Below are positions 14,460 through 25,892 of a stretch of 64,000 nt of DNA, one piece after another; position 1 is the first letter of the stretch; each line of letters begins with the position of its first letter. The notes under the pieces were generated by a model. That model saw nothing but the letters and a program-made list of their open reading frames with translations. It was not told the origin of the DNA and did not search any database. A program made the translations under genes and the position numbers. Source of the stretch: Eledone cirrhosa (taxonomy: Eukaryota); the NCBI GenBank assembly GCA_964016885.1, contig CAXHJY010001609.1, positions 388,478 through 452,477 of the forward strand, read 5' to 3'.

Positions 14460-15009
14460 ATACATACTGTATACAGTATATATACACTATATATATATTA
14501 TACAGTATATATACACTATATATATTATACAGTATCTATCCACTATATATATGTCCAAGAGAAAGGCTATGGACGATACAGCTTGGCACTAGTAACATCA
14601 CAACATATATATATATATACAATATATATTATACAGTATATATATATATAATCATGTTAACAGAAAAATGGGTGGATAATATAATAGACGTAAATAGAGT
14701 AAACGACAGAATAATTAAAATAAGACATGTTCTAAATAGAACTACTGTGACAGTAATATCTACATACGCGCCCCAATCCGGACTGCCTGGCGCTATAAAA
14801 GACAGATTCTATGAGACACTGATGCTCACTACCTCCCGAATAACCGACAGTGACTATATAATTATTGCTGGCGACCTAAATGGTCATGTTGGACAACATT
14901 GTGACGGCTATGACGGAATCCATGGAGGCTATGGGTTTGGTACTAGAAATGAGGAAAGCTCCAGAATCCTGGAATTCTGTGACGCAAATAACCTAACTAT
15001 CTGTAACAC

Positions 15010-18000
15010 CAACACAAAAGAGCTCACAACAACAGCAAACAAAAAACACCACACAAAAACAAAAACATGCATACACATACATAAATACAAGAAACAAAAA
15101 ACTGTTAAACATTGTGTACAACAACAATCTAATAAAAACACAAGGGCCTAACTTCACCCAGGCAGGGGATTTCCCCCACCTCAAAATGATTAAGGCCCCA
15201 CAAGACACCTATAAAACTTTAAAAAACAATTTTAAAGAGGACGTGGGTCCCCCCTGCGTCGGGCCCATTAACCGCGTCCTCCTAAAAAACTATCCCACCC
15301 CCTCCCCAAACACCCACACAACTCCAAGCTCCCCAACCACACAACACACTGATGCCCCCACACTTCCACAAACCACCACCCCACCCAACAACCCATCCCC
15401 CACCCTAATGGAAATTGTGCAGCCCGATACCCGGGACGCAGAGAGGTAAGTGCCCTTTCTCTTCACCACCAACATGGCTATGCTAAGAGTAGGCTGTTTA
15501 AATGCGCGTGGCCTGGGCTCAACTTGGAAGCAAGCAATGCTTCTAAATGACCTCAGGTCACAACGTATAGATGTGATGGTTATTTGCGAGGCCCGGATCA
15601 GCAACGTGCGACAGCTGGCCCCCACCTTTGATGACTTTCAGATGCACGCATCTCTCTGTCAGCCCGGAGGTGGGGGTGGAGTTGTCGTTTTGCTGCAAAA
15701 ACATCTGGGTCTCGCAACACAGATGGTACATTTGGACCCGGAGGGTCGACTAGTGGTTCTGGACCTTGGCAGTGGTAAAGGCGGAGCGTTTAGGTTGGTA
15801 GCCGCCTACGGCCCTTTCGGGTCAATGCGGCCGGACTTCTTCCATCGTCTGGAGACTTTTCTAGGGACGTCCCGCTCCTTGCTATTAGTGGGGGACTGGA
15901 ATGGTATCCTAGATGCACGCTGGGACTACGTAGGGGCCTGCCCCGATAGAGAGGGGTGTAATAGCCTCAAAGGGTTAATCGGTCGATTTGACCTGGCCGA
16001 TAGATATCGACTAGATTTTCCGACTGCGCCAACCTGGACTTGGGCAAATCGTAGCGGATCATCTAGGTCGTACCTAGATAGGTTCTTAGTTAGAATTAAG
16101 GATAAGGACTTTTTAAGTTGTCCAAAAATGCGCATGGTTGGCTATTCAGACCACAAATTAGTGACCTGCATGGTCAACCTTGACAGAACTCATAGACAGG
16201 GCCCCGGTTACTGGAAGCTCAACTTGTCCTTGCTGGCAAGTAGAGCCTACAGGAATCGGATTAGTACGTTAGTTAAGGAACGGTTGACTGGAGCGATCGT
16301 CAACAGCAGGTGGTGGGTATCTCTAAAGAGAGAGATTAGAGTAGCCTCGATAGAATTTAGTAAGGTTCTAGCTGCGGATAGGAATAGGAAGGAAAGGGAG
16401 CTAATAGATAGAGTAGAAGAGGCAATTAGAAGCGGCGACGTGGCCAGAGTGCTAGCGTCGAGAACGGCTTTGAGCCAGTTTTTCGACGCGAAGCACGAAG
16501 GCTGCGTTGTCCGAAGTAAAATACGTGCTCTAGGGAACGAGGGGACCAAAGCTGTTAGCTGGGCCCGCGTGACAGAGGCCAACAGTGGAACTAAATCCAC
16601 CATCCGGTCTTTGCGAGACCTGGATGGACGGGCGATTCTTGAGCCTAAGCAGATGTGTGAGGCCTTTCAAAGGCACTTTGCCCGACTGTTCGGGAGGGGC
16701 GGGGAGCCGGTTGGGAACGTGGACTTCGGTCCATACCTCGACGGCCTGCCGCGCCTCTCGGACAGGGAGGCGAAGTCCTGCGAGGAGCCGATTTCGGCCG
16801 CTGAGATAGAGGACGTGCTGAGCCAATGCGGCAAACGCAAATCCCCGGGTCTCGATGGTCTTCCTTACGAATTATATCTAGCTATGCCAGACTTGTTCCC
16901 CGATCTCCTCGAGGCGGTCTACTGCAACTGGCAACAGAACGGGAGAATTCCCTGTACTGTGACCAAGGGCGTAGTCACGCTAGTGAGGAAGGACGAGAAC
17001 AAGGGGGACGAAATAAGTAACTTCAGGCCCATAACACTGCTAAATACAGAGTTACAGATTTTGGCCAAGGTGCTAGCAAAGAGGTTGGCGCTTGTCGTGG
17101 GCAACCTGGTGGGAGATGCGCAGACATGCGCTATCCCGTCCAGGTCCATCCATGACAACCTCCACCTCATGCGATACATCATAGAGAGGGTTGGGAACGA
17201 ACCCGGCTTTGGTGGGGCTCTGATCAACTTGGATCAATCTAAGGCGTTCGATAGGGTCGACCATGGTTACCTGGATGCGGTGCTAGCGGCGGCAGGCTTC
17301 GGACCCGTTTTCAGGGGCTGGATCACTGCTATGCACAGCAGCCGCATCTGCTCTAGGGTCAAGGTGAACGGCTACCTCTCGGAGCCGTTCAAAATCGCGC
17401 GGTCCATCCGACAAGGGTGCCCTCTCTCCTCCCTTCTGTATGTGTTGACTCTCGAGCCACTACTGCGGAAGTTGGAGTTGTTGCAGGGCATCCCTTTGGA
17501 ACCGGGATTGCGGAAAGCGGTGTCGGCCTACGCCGATGACGTGACAGTAATGGTGTCGACGGCCTCCGAAATCGAGGCGGTCGGCACCTTACTGGAGGAG
17601 TACGAAAAGTTCACAGGGGCTAAGCTGAACCGGGACAAGTCGATCGGTTTGCAACTCGGCACGTGGAGGGGCAGACCGATGCCCTCCGATGGCGTCGTCG
17701 GACGCTGGACGGAGGGCCCGGTGAAGTTGCTCGGGGTCTGGTTCGGACCGGACCTCCAGGTGGAGAAAAACTGGGCGGAGGTTACGAACAGGGTGTTTGC
17801 ACTGACCCAGAAGTGGGCCAGTTGCAAACTATCCCTGAAAGGTCGGGCGGAGGTGGCGAACACCTACATAGCGTCCGTCATCTACTACCGCCTGACCGTA
17901 GTGCCCTGCCCAAGGGAAACCCTCACCAAGATGGAGCGCGCGCTCTTCCAATTCCTTTGGAAGAGGCGGGCTCCTATGGTGAGGAGATCCATCTGCTGTC

Positions 18001-19175
18001 AACACCCTTCGAAAGGAGGGCTGGGGATGCCGTGGCTAATGATGCGTAAACACGCATTAAGGCTACGGCACCTCTACGTATTCCTCACCGGACAACCGGT
18101 GTGGGCCTCGTTTGTGAGACGAACCTTTCCCAGACTCGTCTCACTCACCGAGCTGCAATCCTGGGTCAAGCAAAGACCGAGAAAACTGGGCGTCTGGCAC
18201 ACTGAGTGTGCCCAGGCGCTCACCGCCCTCTGGCAGGCGGATCCGGTTATCAGTGGAGACTCCACCGCAACATTCTATAGAGGGCTGGTACGCAGCAGGT
18301 GCGACGACGCCCTCGGAGAAGCCCTAGACATGGAGGAGGACGAACTGGCCAGCCTGTTCGGTAGGACATTCAGCCCGGGACCTATGGACAACTTCCAGAA
18401 GTCCCTGGCCTGGCAGTGCTACCGAGGGGCTTTACCCGTTCGAGAAAGGCTCTACAGACACGGGCGCCCGGGTAGGGACCCCGCCAAAAAGATCTGTCCC
18501 AGATGCGTGTGCGACGAGGAAACCGTTGCACACGCATTAGTACACTGCTCGGGCGTAGCCGATCTGTGGGGCTATGTCGAACAACTGCTGTCAAGGGTGG
18601 GACCGATCCGGTTGACCACCGAGTCTATTGTAATGATCAAGCCGCCTCCCCCCTTCAAAGATGAAGCAGAGGCGGTGTTTCTGTGCGTAATAGCCATGGC
18701 GAAAGAGGTTGTATGGTGGACGCGTCTGAAAGGACTGAGGTCGGGCACCTTTCTCTCTGGCCAACAACTGGTCCGTTTCTTCCGATATCATTTCGGAAGA
18801 AGGATCAGGATGGAGAGAGAGGTGCTGCACCCCAGCCGTTTCTATGAAAGATGGGTGAAAGTGGCGAGAATGGCCCGTGTGAATGGGCCTTCACTCTACA
18901 TCAGACTATAGGTGAGGAAGATGAAAGACCAAGGGAGCACCCCTTCTCTGTGCTCCTGAGGAGAAGGGTTGCACACTTTTTTCGGGGGTGTGTGCGACCC
19001 CCCAAGGCGCCTCCTCTCTATTGAGGATTTTGTTAAAAATTTTATTTTTTGTTATATCTTATTTTATTTTTATATTTTGTTATTGCCTCCTCCTTATTGA
19101 GGACGCCTTTTTGTGTAAACTCCCCCCTTTGTACTTGTCCCACTTTTGATGCCCTAGTGGCAAATAAAAGAAATA
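15010..19175 (+). mobile_element. L1/Tx1-clade non-LTR retrotransposon, 5'-truncated within ORF1, with intact ORF2
   Basis: TSD tatctgtaacac at 14998-15009 and 19176-19187; AATAAA at 19163-19168; GC/CpG-rich compared with flanks; C/A-rich ORF1-like tail ending at stop 15447-15449. Confidence 0.9.
15474..18911 (+). CDS. Tx1/L1 ORF2: APE endonuclease, reverse transcriptase and C-terminal CCHC knuckle (~1145 aa from the first ATG)
   Basis: LNARGL, ICEAR, AYGP, GDWN, YLDRFL, SDH (EN); SPGLDG, NFRPITLLN, LDQSKAFDRV, RQGCPLS, YADD (RT); CPRC...H...HC; ATG at 15474 in aacATGg context; no stops. Confidence 0.93.
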   Translation: MAMLRVGCLNARGLGSTWKQAMLLNDLRSQRIDVMVICEARISNVRQLAPTFDDFQMHASLCQPGGGGGVVVLLQKHLGLATQMVHLDPEGRLVVLDLGSGKGGAFRLVAAYGPFGSMRPDFFHRLETFLGTSRSLLLVGDWNGILDARWDYVGACPDREGCNSLKGLIGRFDLADRYRLDFPTAPTWTWANRSGSSRSYLDRFLVRIKDKDFLSCPKMRMVGYSDHKLVTCMVNLDRTHRQGPGYWKLNLSLLASRAYRNRISTLVKERLTGAIVNSRWWVSLKREIRVASIEFSKVLAADRNRKERELIDRVEEAIRSGDVARVLASRTALSQFFDAKHEGCVVRSKIRALGNEGTKAVSWARVTEANSGTKSTIRSLRDLDGRAILEPKQMCEAFQRHFARLFGRGGEPVGNVDFGPYLDGLPRLSDREAKSCEEPISAAEIEDVLSQCGKRKSPGLDGLPYELYLAMPDLFPDLLEAVYCNWQQNGRIPCTVTKGVVTLVRKDENKGDEISNFRPITLLNTELQILAKVLAKRLALVVGNLVGDAQTCAIPSRSIHDNLHLMRYIIERVGNEPGFGGALINLDQSKAFDRVDHGYLDAVLAAAGFGPVFRGWITAMHSSRICSRVKVNGYLSEPFKIARSIRQGCPLSSLLYVLTLEPLLRKLELLQGIPLEPGLRKAVSAYADDVTVMVSTASEIEAVGTLLEEYEKFTGAKLNRDKSIGLQLGTWRGRPMPSDGVVGRWTEGPVKLLGVWFGPDLQVEKNWAEVTNRVFALTQKWASCKLSLKGRAEVANTYIASVIYYRLTVVPCPRETLTKMERALFQFLWKRRAPMVRRSICCQHPSKGGLGMPWLMMRKHALRLRHLYVFLTGQPVWASFVRRTFPRLVSLTELQSWVKQRPRKLGVWHTECAQALTALWQADPVISGDSTATFYRGLVRSRCDDALGEALDMEEDELASLFGRTFSPGPMDNFQKSLAWQCYRGALPVRERLYRHGRPGRDPAKKICPRCVCDEETVAHALVHCSGVADLWGYVEQLLSRVGPIRLTTESIVMIKPPPPFKDEAEAVFLCVIAMAKEVVWWTRLKGLRSGTFLSGQQLVRFFRYHFGRRIRMEREVLHPSRFYERWVKVARMARVNGPSLYIRL

Positions 19176-22160
19176 TATCTGTAACACTAACTTCAAAAAA
19201 TGAGACAATCACTTGATCACCTACAGATCAGGGGAACATACCAGCCAGGGAGATTATATCCTTACCAGAAGACGTGACAGAGTGACTGTTGTAAACACTA
19301 AATCCCTCCCCAATGAAGAATGCACCTCCCAATATAGAATGATAATTAGCGACCTCATAGTCAGGACGAGACGTACTAGACAGCAGAAGAGGACTATCCT
19401 CAGGAGAAAAATATGGAAGCTAAAGGACCCCACAGCCAGAAATAAATTTAAAAGCATATTACTTGATGCTTTCGACAGTAAGGAAGAGCATTTAGAGTCG
19501 GACAATATAGAGGGACAGTGGGAATTCCTGAAAGCAAACCTGCTGATGGCGGCAGACGAAGTCTGTGGCTGGAGCAGGCCTATAGGCAGGAGGAGAGTAA
19601 CATGGTGGTGGAACAGTAAGGTGGAGGAGTCGATTAAGGCCAAAAAGCAGGCTTGGAAAGTATGGCGGGATGGGGGAAGTAGAGAAGACTATCAAGTGGC
19701 CAGGAGGGAAGCTAGGAGACAAGTGTACTTCACAAGAAGGGAAGCAGAGGAAAGAAAGTTCAAGCATGTTCTACAACGCGAGGACCAAAAACGTTAGGTG
19801 TTCAGGATTGCTAGGCAATGTGTCAAGGAAAACCGTGATATTGTTGGGGAGAAGTGTGTACTAAATGATGATGGCATACTCGCCATCACTGACGCTGATA
19901 AGAAGGTCGCTTGGAAGTGTCACTACGAGAGGCTACTAAATGAGGAGAATAAATGGGTGAAGGATAGTCGCCCCCAGATCGATCCAATAGAGGGACCAGC
20001 AGTGTTAGTTGAAGGTAGTATAATAAGTAAGGCAATCAAAGATATGAAGATGGGTAAGGCGGCTGGGCCTTCGGAAATAGTTGCTGAGATGCTGACGGCC
20101 TCTGGAACGGTGGGACACACCATGGTCACCCGGATAGTAAACCAAGTCATACAGAATGGGGTTGTTCCGAAGGACTGGCGTAGCAGCATCATCATTAACT
20201 GTTACAAGGGTAAAGGAGACGCCCTAGATAGGAGTAACTATAGAGGCATTAAATTAATCAACCAGGTCATGAAGGTCACGGAAAAAGTAATAGTGCAACT
20301 AATCAGAGAGAGAATTGATCTAGATGAAATGCAGTTCGGGTTTGTGTCAGGCAAAAGTACCACAGACGCTCTTTTCATTGTATGACAACTACAGGAGAAG
20401 TACCTAGCTAAAAGTAAACCCCTATACTTAGCCTTTGTCGACTTGGAGAAAACCTTCAACAGAGTCCCCCGTTCCATTATCTGGTGGGCTCTTAGAAAAC
20501 TAGGTGTTGACGAATGGCTTGTGAGAGCTATACAAGCCATGTATAAAGAAGGTTAGAATTAACAACGAATATAGTGAAGAGTTTAGCGTAAAAGTTGGTG
20601 TCCATCAGGGCACTGTTCTTAGCCCCCTACTATTTACTATTGCCCTTCAGGCTATAACAGAGGAGTTCAAGACTGGCTGCCCATGGGAACTCCTATACGC
20701 AGATGATCTAACGCTCATAGCTGAATCAATGGCCGAGCTAGAGAAGAAATTCCAAACATGGAAGCACGGCCTAGAATCAAAAGGCCTTAAAATGAACCTG
20801 GCTAAGACTAAAGTTCTAGTTTGTAGGAAAGAAAATAAGGCGCCGGTCCCTTCCAGGAAATGGCCATGCTCAGTGTGTAGGAAAGGCGTAGGTAGAAACT
20901 CCATTTTATGTCCCAAATGCAAAGTATGGGTGCATAAAAGATGTAGTGGGATCACAGGTAAGCTAACAAAGAACACAGATTTTACATGTGGCCAGTGCTC
21001 TGGTGCAATAAGTAGCAGCAAGTGCCCACAAAATACTAGCTCTTTCAATTGCGCAGAGCGTTCTATAGAAATAGTGGACAGCTTCCGTTACCTGGGTGAC
21101 AAAATCAGCAGTGGGGGAGGGTGCTCTGAAAGTACAGTAGCTAGAGTCAGAACTGGATGGAAAAAGTTCAGAGAGCTTATACCACTATTAGCCGCTAAAG
21201 GGTTCTCCCTAAAAATGAAAGGCAGGTTGTATGATGCCTGCATACGAACAGCAATGTTGCATGGCAGTGAGACCTGGGCATTGTGTGCAGAGGATATACG
21301 CAGACTAGAGAGGAACGAAGCTTGCATGCTCCGCTGGATGTGTAATAGTAATATACGCGAACGGCAAAGCATAAACAAACTAAGGAAAAAATTAGAAATA
21401 AGCGGGATCAGATGTTGTTTACTCGAGAGAAGGCTACGTTGGTATGGTCACGTGATGCACATGAAAGTCGATAGCTGTATAACAAAGTGCAGGGCAATAA
21501 AGATAGACGGTAGCCACGGAATAGGCAGACCCAGAAAAACCTGGGACGAGCTGATAAATTCCGACCTCACACACTTACACCTCTCCAAGACAATGTCACT
21601 GGACCGAGACCTTTGGCGGTACTCAGTAATAGAGAAGACCCGTCTTACCTAAATACAAAGTAAAACCTACTACAGTCAGTAGGCATCTCTAACAAAATAC
21701 ACCCCCGTCCCACCACCCCCACCCCATCCACACCGCCCCTTTCAATGTAAAGTTATGTTGGTACCACAAAATCCAGGCCGAAACAAATGACAGAAAAAAC
21801 AAAAAACACACACAGTCCACGCTGTAAATGTGGCCGTTTAGGCAACACGGGAAAAACCTCCCAGCCCCACACTGTAAATGTGGTTGGTGTTAGGAAGGGC
21901 ATCCAGCTGTAGAAAACCCGCCAGACAGTCCACGCTGTAATGTGGCTGTGTAGGCAACACGGTAAAAACCTCCCAGCCTCACACTGTAAATGTGGTTGGT
22001 GTTAGGAAGGGCTTCCAACTGTAGAAAACCCGCCAGACAGTCCTATGCGAGCAAGACAACCACTCTTGCCTCAAGTGGGAAAACTCCCGTCCAAACCCAT
22101 GCAAGCGTTGAACATGGACGTTAAACGATGATGATGATGATGATGATACATTATATATAT

Positions 22161-22863
22161 TAAAGAAATGTGATGTTTCTCTTTGTCGAATAAATAAATG
22201 CACAATCAAATCTAACAATCATTTTATTTAATGCAATAATTTAGTAAATTTCCTACAACGTCAATATTTTGAGGAGCGGGTCTTTCCACGTCTGTTCATG
22301 TCTGTGGTCCAAAAAGAGTGTGTGAACCTGTGGCTGTGTCCGGGTGTATTTTTGCCTCCCTTCCCTGAAGGGTTGTTAAGGGGAGGCAACTGCTAGCTAC
22401 CAAGCGACCATCTCAGCCACTACATTCACCTCGGAGCAGATTTTTTGTCGCAAAATCGTTAACAATGAAGCGAAGGTAGTTTACAAAATGTAGAAGGATG
22501 TATCAACAAATTCAACATTAAAAAAAAAAAATAATAAATAGGTTCATGTCTGCAAGCATTAACGCAGACAAAACAAAAAAAAAAAACGTACAGTAAAAGA
22601 TGCAAAATGCATGAAAAGATAACACTCTTCGCAATAAAGGGGCCCCGGATGCGATAAACAAGAAAAAAAATGTTTTGCTAGGCAATGAAAATGCCATATG
22701 TAGCATAGTTATAAAAATGCACTAAAAAAAAAGGGACTGTGTCAGAATTGACAACAGTCGTAATGTTACGCAAAATATAATATATTGACACTGCCGTAGG
22801 CAGTCAAGAATCCAAAGGTAACAAAATGCAATGTACAACAAAAACAATTGGAAGGAAAAAAAT

Positions 22864-22898
<35 letters not shown>

Positions 22899-25549
22899 TA
22901 CAATTCAGTTTATATTACTGCATAGCTTACGGGGCCAATGCACCCTTCGCCCAGAACGGGTCGTAGTTCTGTGTGTTGATGGTGGGGGAGGGGAAGAAAT
23001 AGGCCTGTGTGGCAAAGAAAAAGAGGGGGGCATTTGAGTTTCAAGTGTCATTGTCCAGGTTTGCTCGTTTGAGACGATCAACGGAAACCGTTTCCCTGGA
23101 ACCCCGAATGTCCAGTGTGAAATGTTTGTCTGTGCGAGCAAGCACACAATAGGGTCCAGAGTACGGCCGTTGAAGAGGGGGTCTCACGGCGTCGTCTCTA
23201 ACGAACACATGGGTCCACAAGGCAATATCCCTTGGGACGGCAGTTTTTACAGTCTGCTTCCTAGTGCCCATCGGTGGTAGATCCTTGAAATAAGAGTGAA
23301 GCCGGGACACGTAGGAAGCGGGGTCCTGCGAAGTCAGGTCAAAAGGGGCCAGCATTTGCCCCGGTAACGCCAGAGGCAGAGGAGAACCCAAGGTCCACCT
23401 TTACCGTCGACCGAATACCCAACAATACAATGGGTAGGTACTCGCTCCAACGTGAAGAGTCCATGGAAGCCCTTAAGGAGGCTTTGAGCTGCCTGTGGAA
23501 TCTTTCCACCATTCCGTTTGAGGCTGGGTGGTAAGCCGTGGTTCTTATTCGAGTAGCCCCCAGGATTTGGGTTAGCTCTCGGAAGAGGTTAGACTCGAAT
23601 TGACGACCACGATCTTTTGTTATGGTGGTTGGTACACCGAAACGAGCGATCCACGAAGATACGAGGGTACGGGCTGTGGTTTCGGCGGTGATATCTGTTA
23701 TAGGGACGGCTTCAGGCCAACGCGAAAAACGGTCAACAATCGTCAAAAGATACGAAAAACCACGACTAACCGGCCACGGGCCGACGATGTCCACATGAAT
23801 GTGACGAAATCTTGCATCGGGGCAGGTGAAGGTTCCGAGAGGAGCCTTAACATGTCTATGAACTTTCGCTTGTTGGCAAGCGACACAGGAACGACACCAA
23901 GCAGCAATGTCACGTCTCATACCAGGCCAGAAAAATCTGGCTGTTATGAGTTTTACTGAGGCTGATACTCCTGGGTGAGAAATGCCATGTAAAGCGAGAA
24001 ACGCAGTTCGTCGATGTTCCACTGGGACTAGAGGTCGTGGTGAGTCCAACGAAACATCACACAGTATCTGTCCGTCAGCAGTTGAGATCGGAATGTATTT
24101 CAGTTTGCAATGTACAAACTCTGGCGATGTAACATCCAACGATTCGAGAGTGGGTTGGGCAGCTGCCATTCGATGTAAATCTATCTCCTCGGAAGACGAA
24201 ATCGATGCGATCGGCAGGCGAGACAGCGCATCGGCCGCTGTATTCAAAGAACCCGGAATATGTTGAATGTCGTTCGTGAACTGTGAGATGAATTCCAGAT
24301 GTCTCGTTTCTCTGGGCGAGTATTTGTCTGCCTTAGTTCGAAGAGCAAACGTCAAGGGTTTATGATCAGTGAAAATGGTGAATGTTCTACCTTCAAGTAC
24401 ATGAGCAAAATGTTTCACTGATAAATAAATTGCTAATAGCTCCCTTCCAAAGGTGCTATAGCGAGTTTCTGCAGGCTTTAACTTCCTCGAAAAGAACTCG
24501 AGTGGTTGCTGTACCCCATCACCCTTCTGCTGTAAGACTGCGCCCACGGCGCTGTCCGAAGCATCAACACAGTGTGATAGCTCGGCGAGAAAAGACGCGT
24601 TCGCTAACGCCTTTTTCACTTTTTTAAAATCATCAAGCTGCGTTTCAGGACCTTCAGCTTATGCTGTTCCTTTGTCCTCGTCAATTCGAAGAAACATTCC
24701 AGCTGCGCAAACCACAACTTGATGTCGCCTGCGAAGGACGGCAAATGATGTTGACTCATGGTGCCACGTATTTGATGACTTTTTGGTGTTGGTCAATAGT
24801 TAGCCAGGTGTTGCTGCTGATTGCTGGTAATTTTTTTCTTTAAAAAAAATATTCCAAAGAAAATTTTAATAATAAAAAAAAATCATTTTCCATGAAAATT
24901 GATGGTAAGATAATCCAAGATGGCTGATTTAAAAATGTGTCCGTGATGAAGCCGTCATGAGGCACGATGCAGCCAATCAGATGGCTGGGATTGGAGAAGA
25001 CAGGCTGAACGCGGGAAAACGAAATATCTCCATTTGTAATTTCCACAGAATGTTGGAAGCAAAATTCTATTTCCAGAGAAATCCTTTTTTTTTTTTTTTT
25101 TTGTTGTGTGTTGTATTTTTGTGTTTGTCTGTATGCGTGCTATAACAAATGGAATATAATGAATTTTATGGACTTACGCTAAGTGATTCGGACATTCCAA
25201 TTGTTAAGCCATTCCACATTGCCGTTAAAAAGAATTTCGGACTCCAATAGGCTGCGTTTTCATTCTTTATCGTCAGGGTCGCCAATAAAGAAATGTGATG
25301 TTTCTCTTTGTCGAATAAATAAATGCACAATCAAGTCTAACAATCATTTTATTTAATGCAATAATTTAGTAAATTTCCTACAACGTCAATATTTTGAGGA
25401 GCGGGTCTTTCCACGTCTGTTCATTTCCGTGGTCCAAAAAGAGTGTGTGAACCTGTGGCTGTGTCCGGGTGTATTTTTGCCTCCCTTCCCTGAAGGGTTG
25501 TTAAGGGGAGGCAACTGCTAGCTACCAAGCGACCATCTCAGCCACTACA
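22161..25549 (-). mobile_element. Gypsy LTR retrotransposon (CsRn1/Kabuki-like), internally deleted
   Basis: 264-bp LTRs at 22161-22424 and 25286-25549 (3 differences seen); ATAT TSD; PBS TGGCGACCCTGACG at 25271-25284 resembling tRNA-Trp PBS; gag start MSQHHLPSFAGDIKLWFAQLE from 24759; RNase H and integrase at 24619-23041. Confidence 0.9.
23041..24619 (-). pseudogene. Gypsy pol fragment: RNase H, integrase (HHCC, DDE) and GPY module, frameshifted near 23370
   Basis: [34 protein letters not shown]...[32 protein letters not shown]. Confidence 0.88.
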
Positions 25550-25726
25550 ATATTATACAGAATATATACACTATATATATATTATACAGTATATATACAC
25601 TATATATATATTATTCAGTATATGTACACTATATATATATTATACAGTATATATACACTATATATATTATACAGTATATATATACACTATATATATTATA
25701 GAGAATATATACACTATATATATGTC

Positions 25727-25890
25727 CACAGCTTGGCACCAGTGACATTACAACTCATTTCTACAGCTGAGTAAACTGGAGCAACGTAAAATAAAGTGTC
25801 TTGCTCAAGGACACAACACATCACATGGTCCGAGAATCGAACTCACCAACTTTTAATTGTAAGCCCAATGCTCTAACCACTAAGCCATGA
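25727..25890 (-). mobile_element. tRNA-derived SINE head
   Basis: Reverse strand has TGGCTTAGTGGTTAG (A box), GAGTTCGATTC (B box), then gtgtccttgagcaagacacttt. Confidence 0.8.
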
Positions 25891-25892
25891 TA

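Larger units (their letters stand above)
14652..22147 (+). mobile_element. Near-full-length RTE LINE (APE endonuclease, RT, PHD finger) with a few stops/frameshifts, interrupted by a Tx1 element at 15010-19175
   Basis: EN: STYAPQSG...IAGDLNGHVG...EFCDANNLTICNT, resuming after the insertion as NFKK*DNHLITYRSG...DYIL; RT: NYRGIKL, MQFGF, FVDLEK, LLYADD; (gat)n tail at 22127-22147. Confidence 0.93.

Noticed and set aside
15926-18830. Antisense and alternate-frame ORFs over Tx1, RTE, Gypsy and ZNF coding regions
   Set aside because: Shadow ORFs without independent motifs
25750-25890. Possible tRNA genes here and at 31643, 32601, 43349, 44313 and 48900
   Set aside because: A/B boxes are present but no convincing cloverleaf, and each continues into a SINE body
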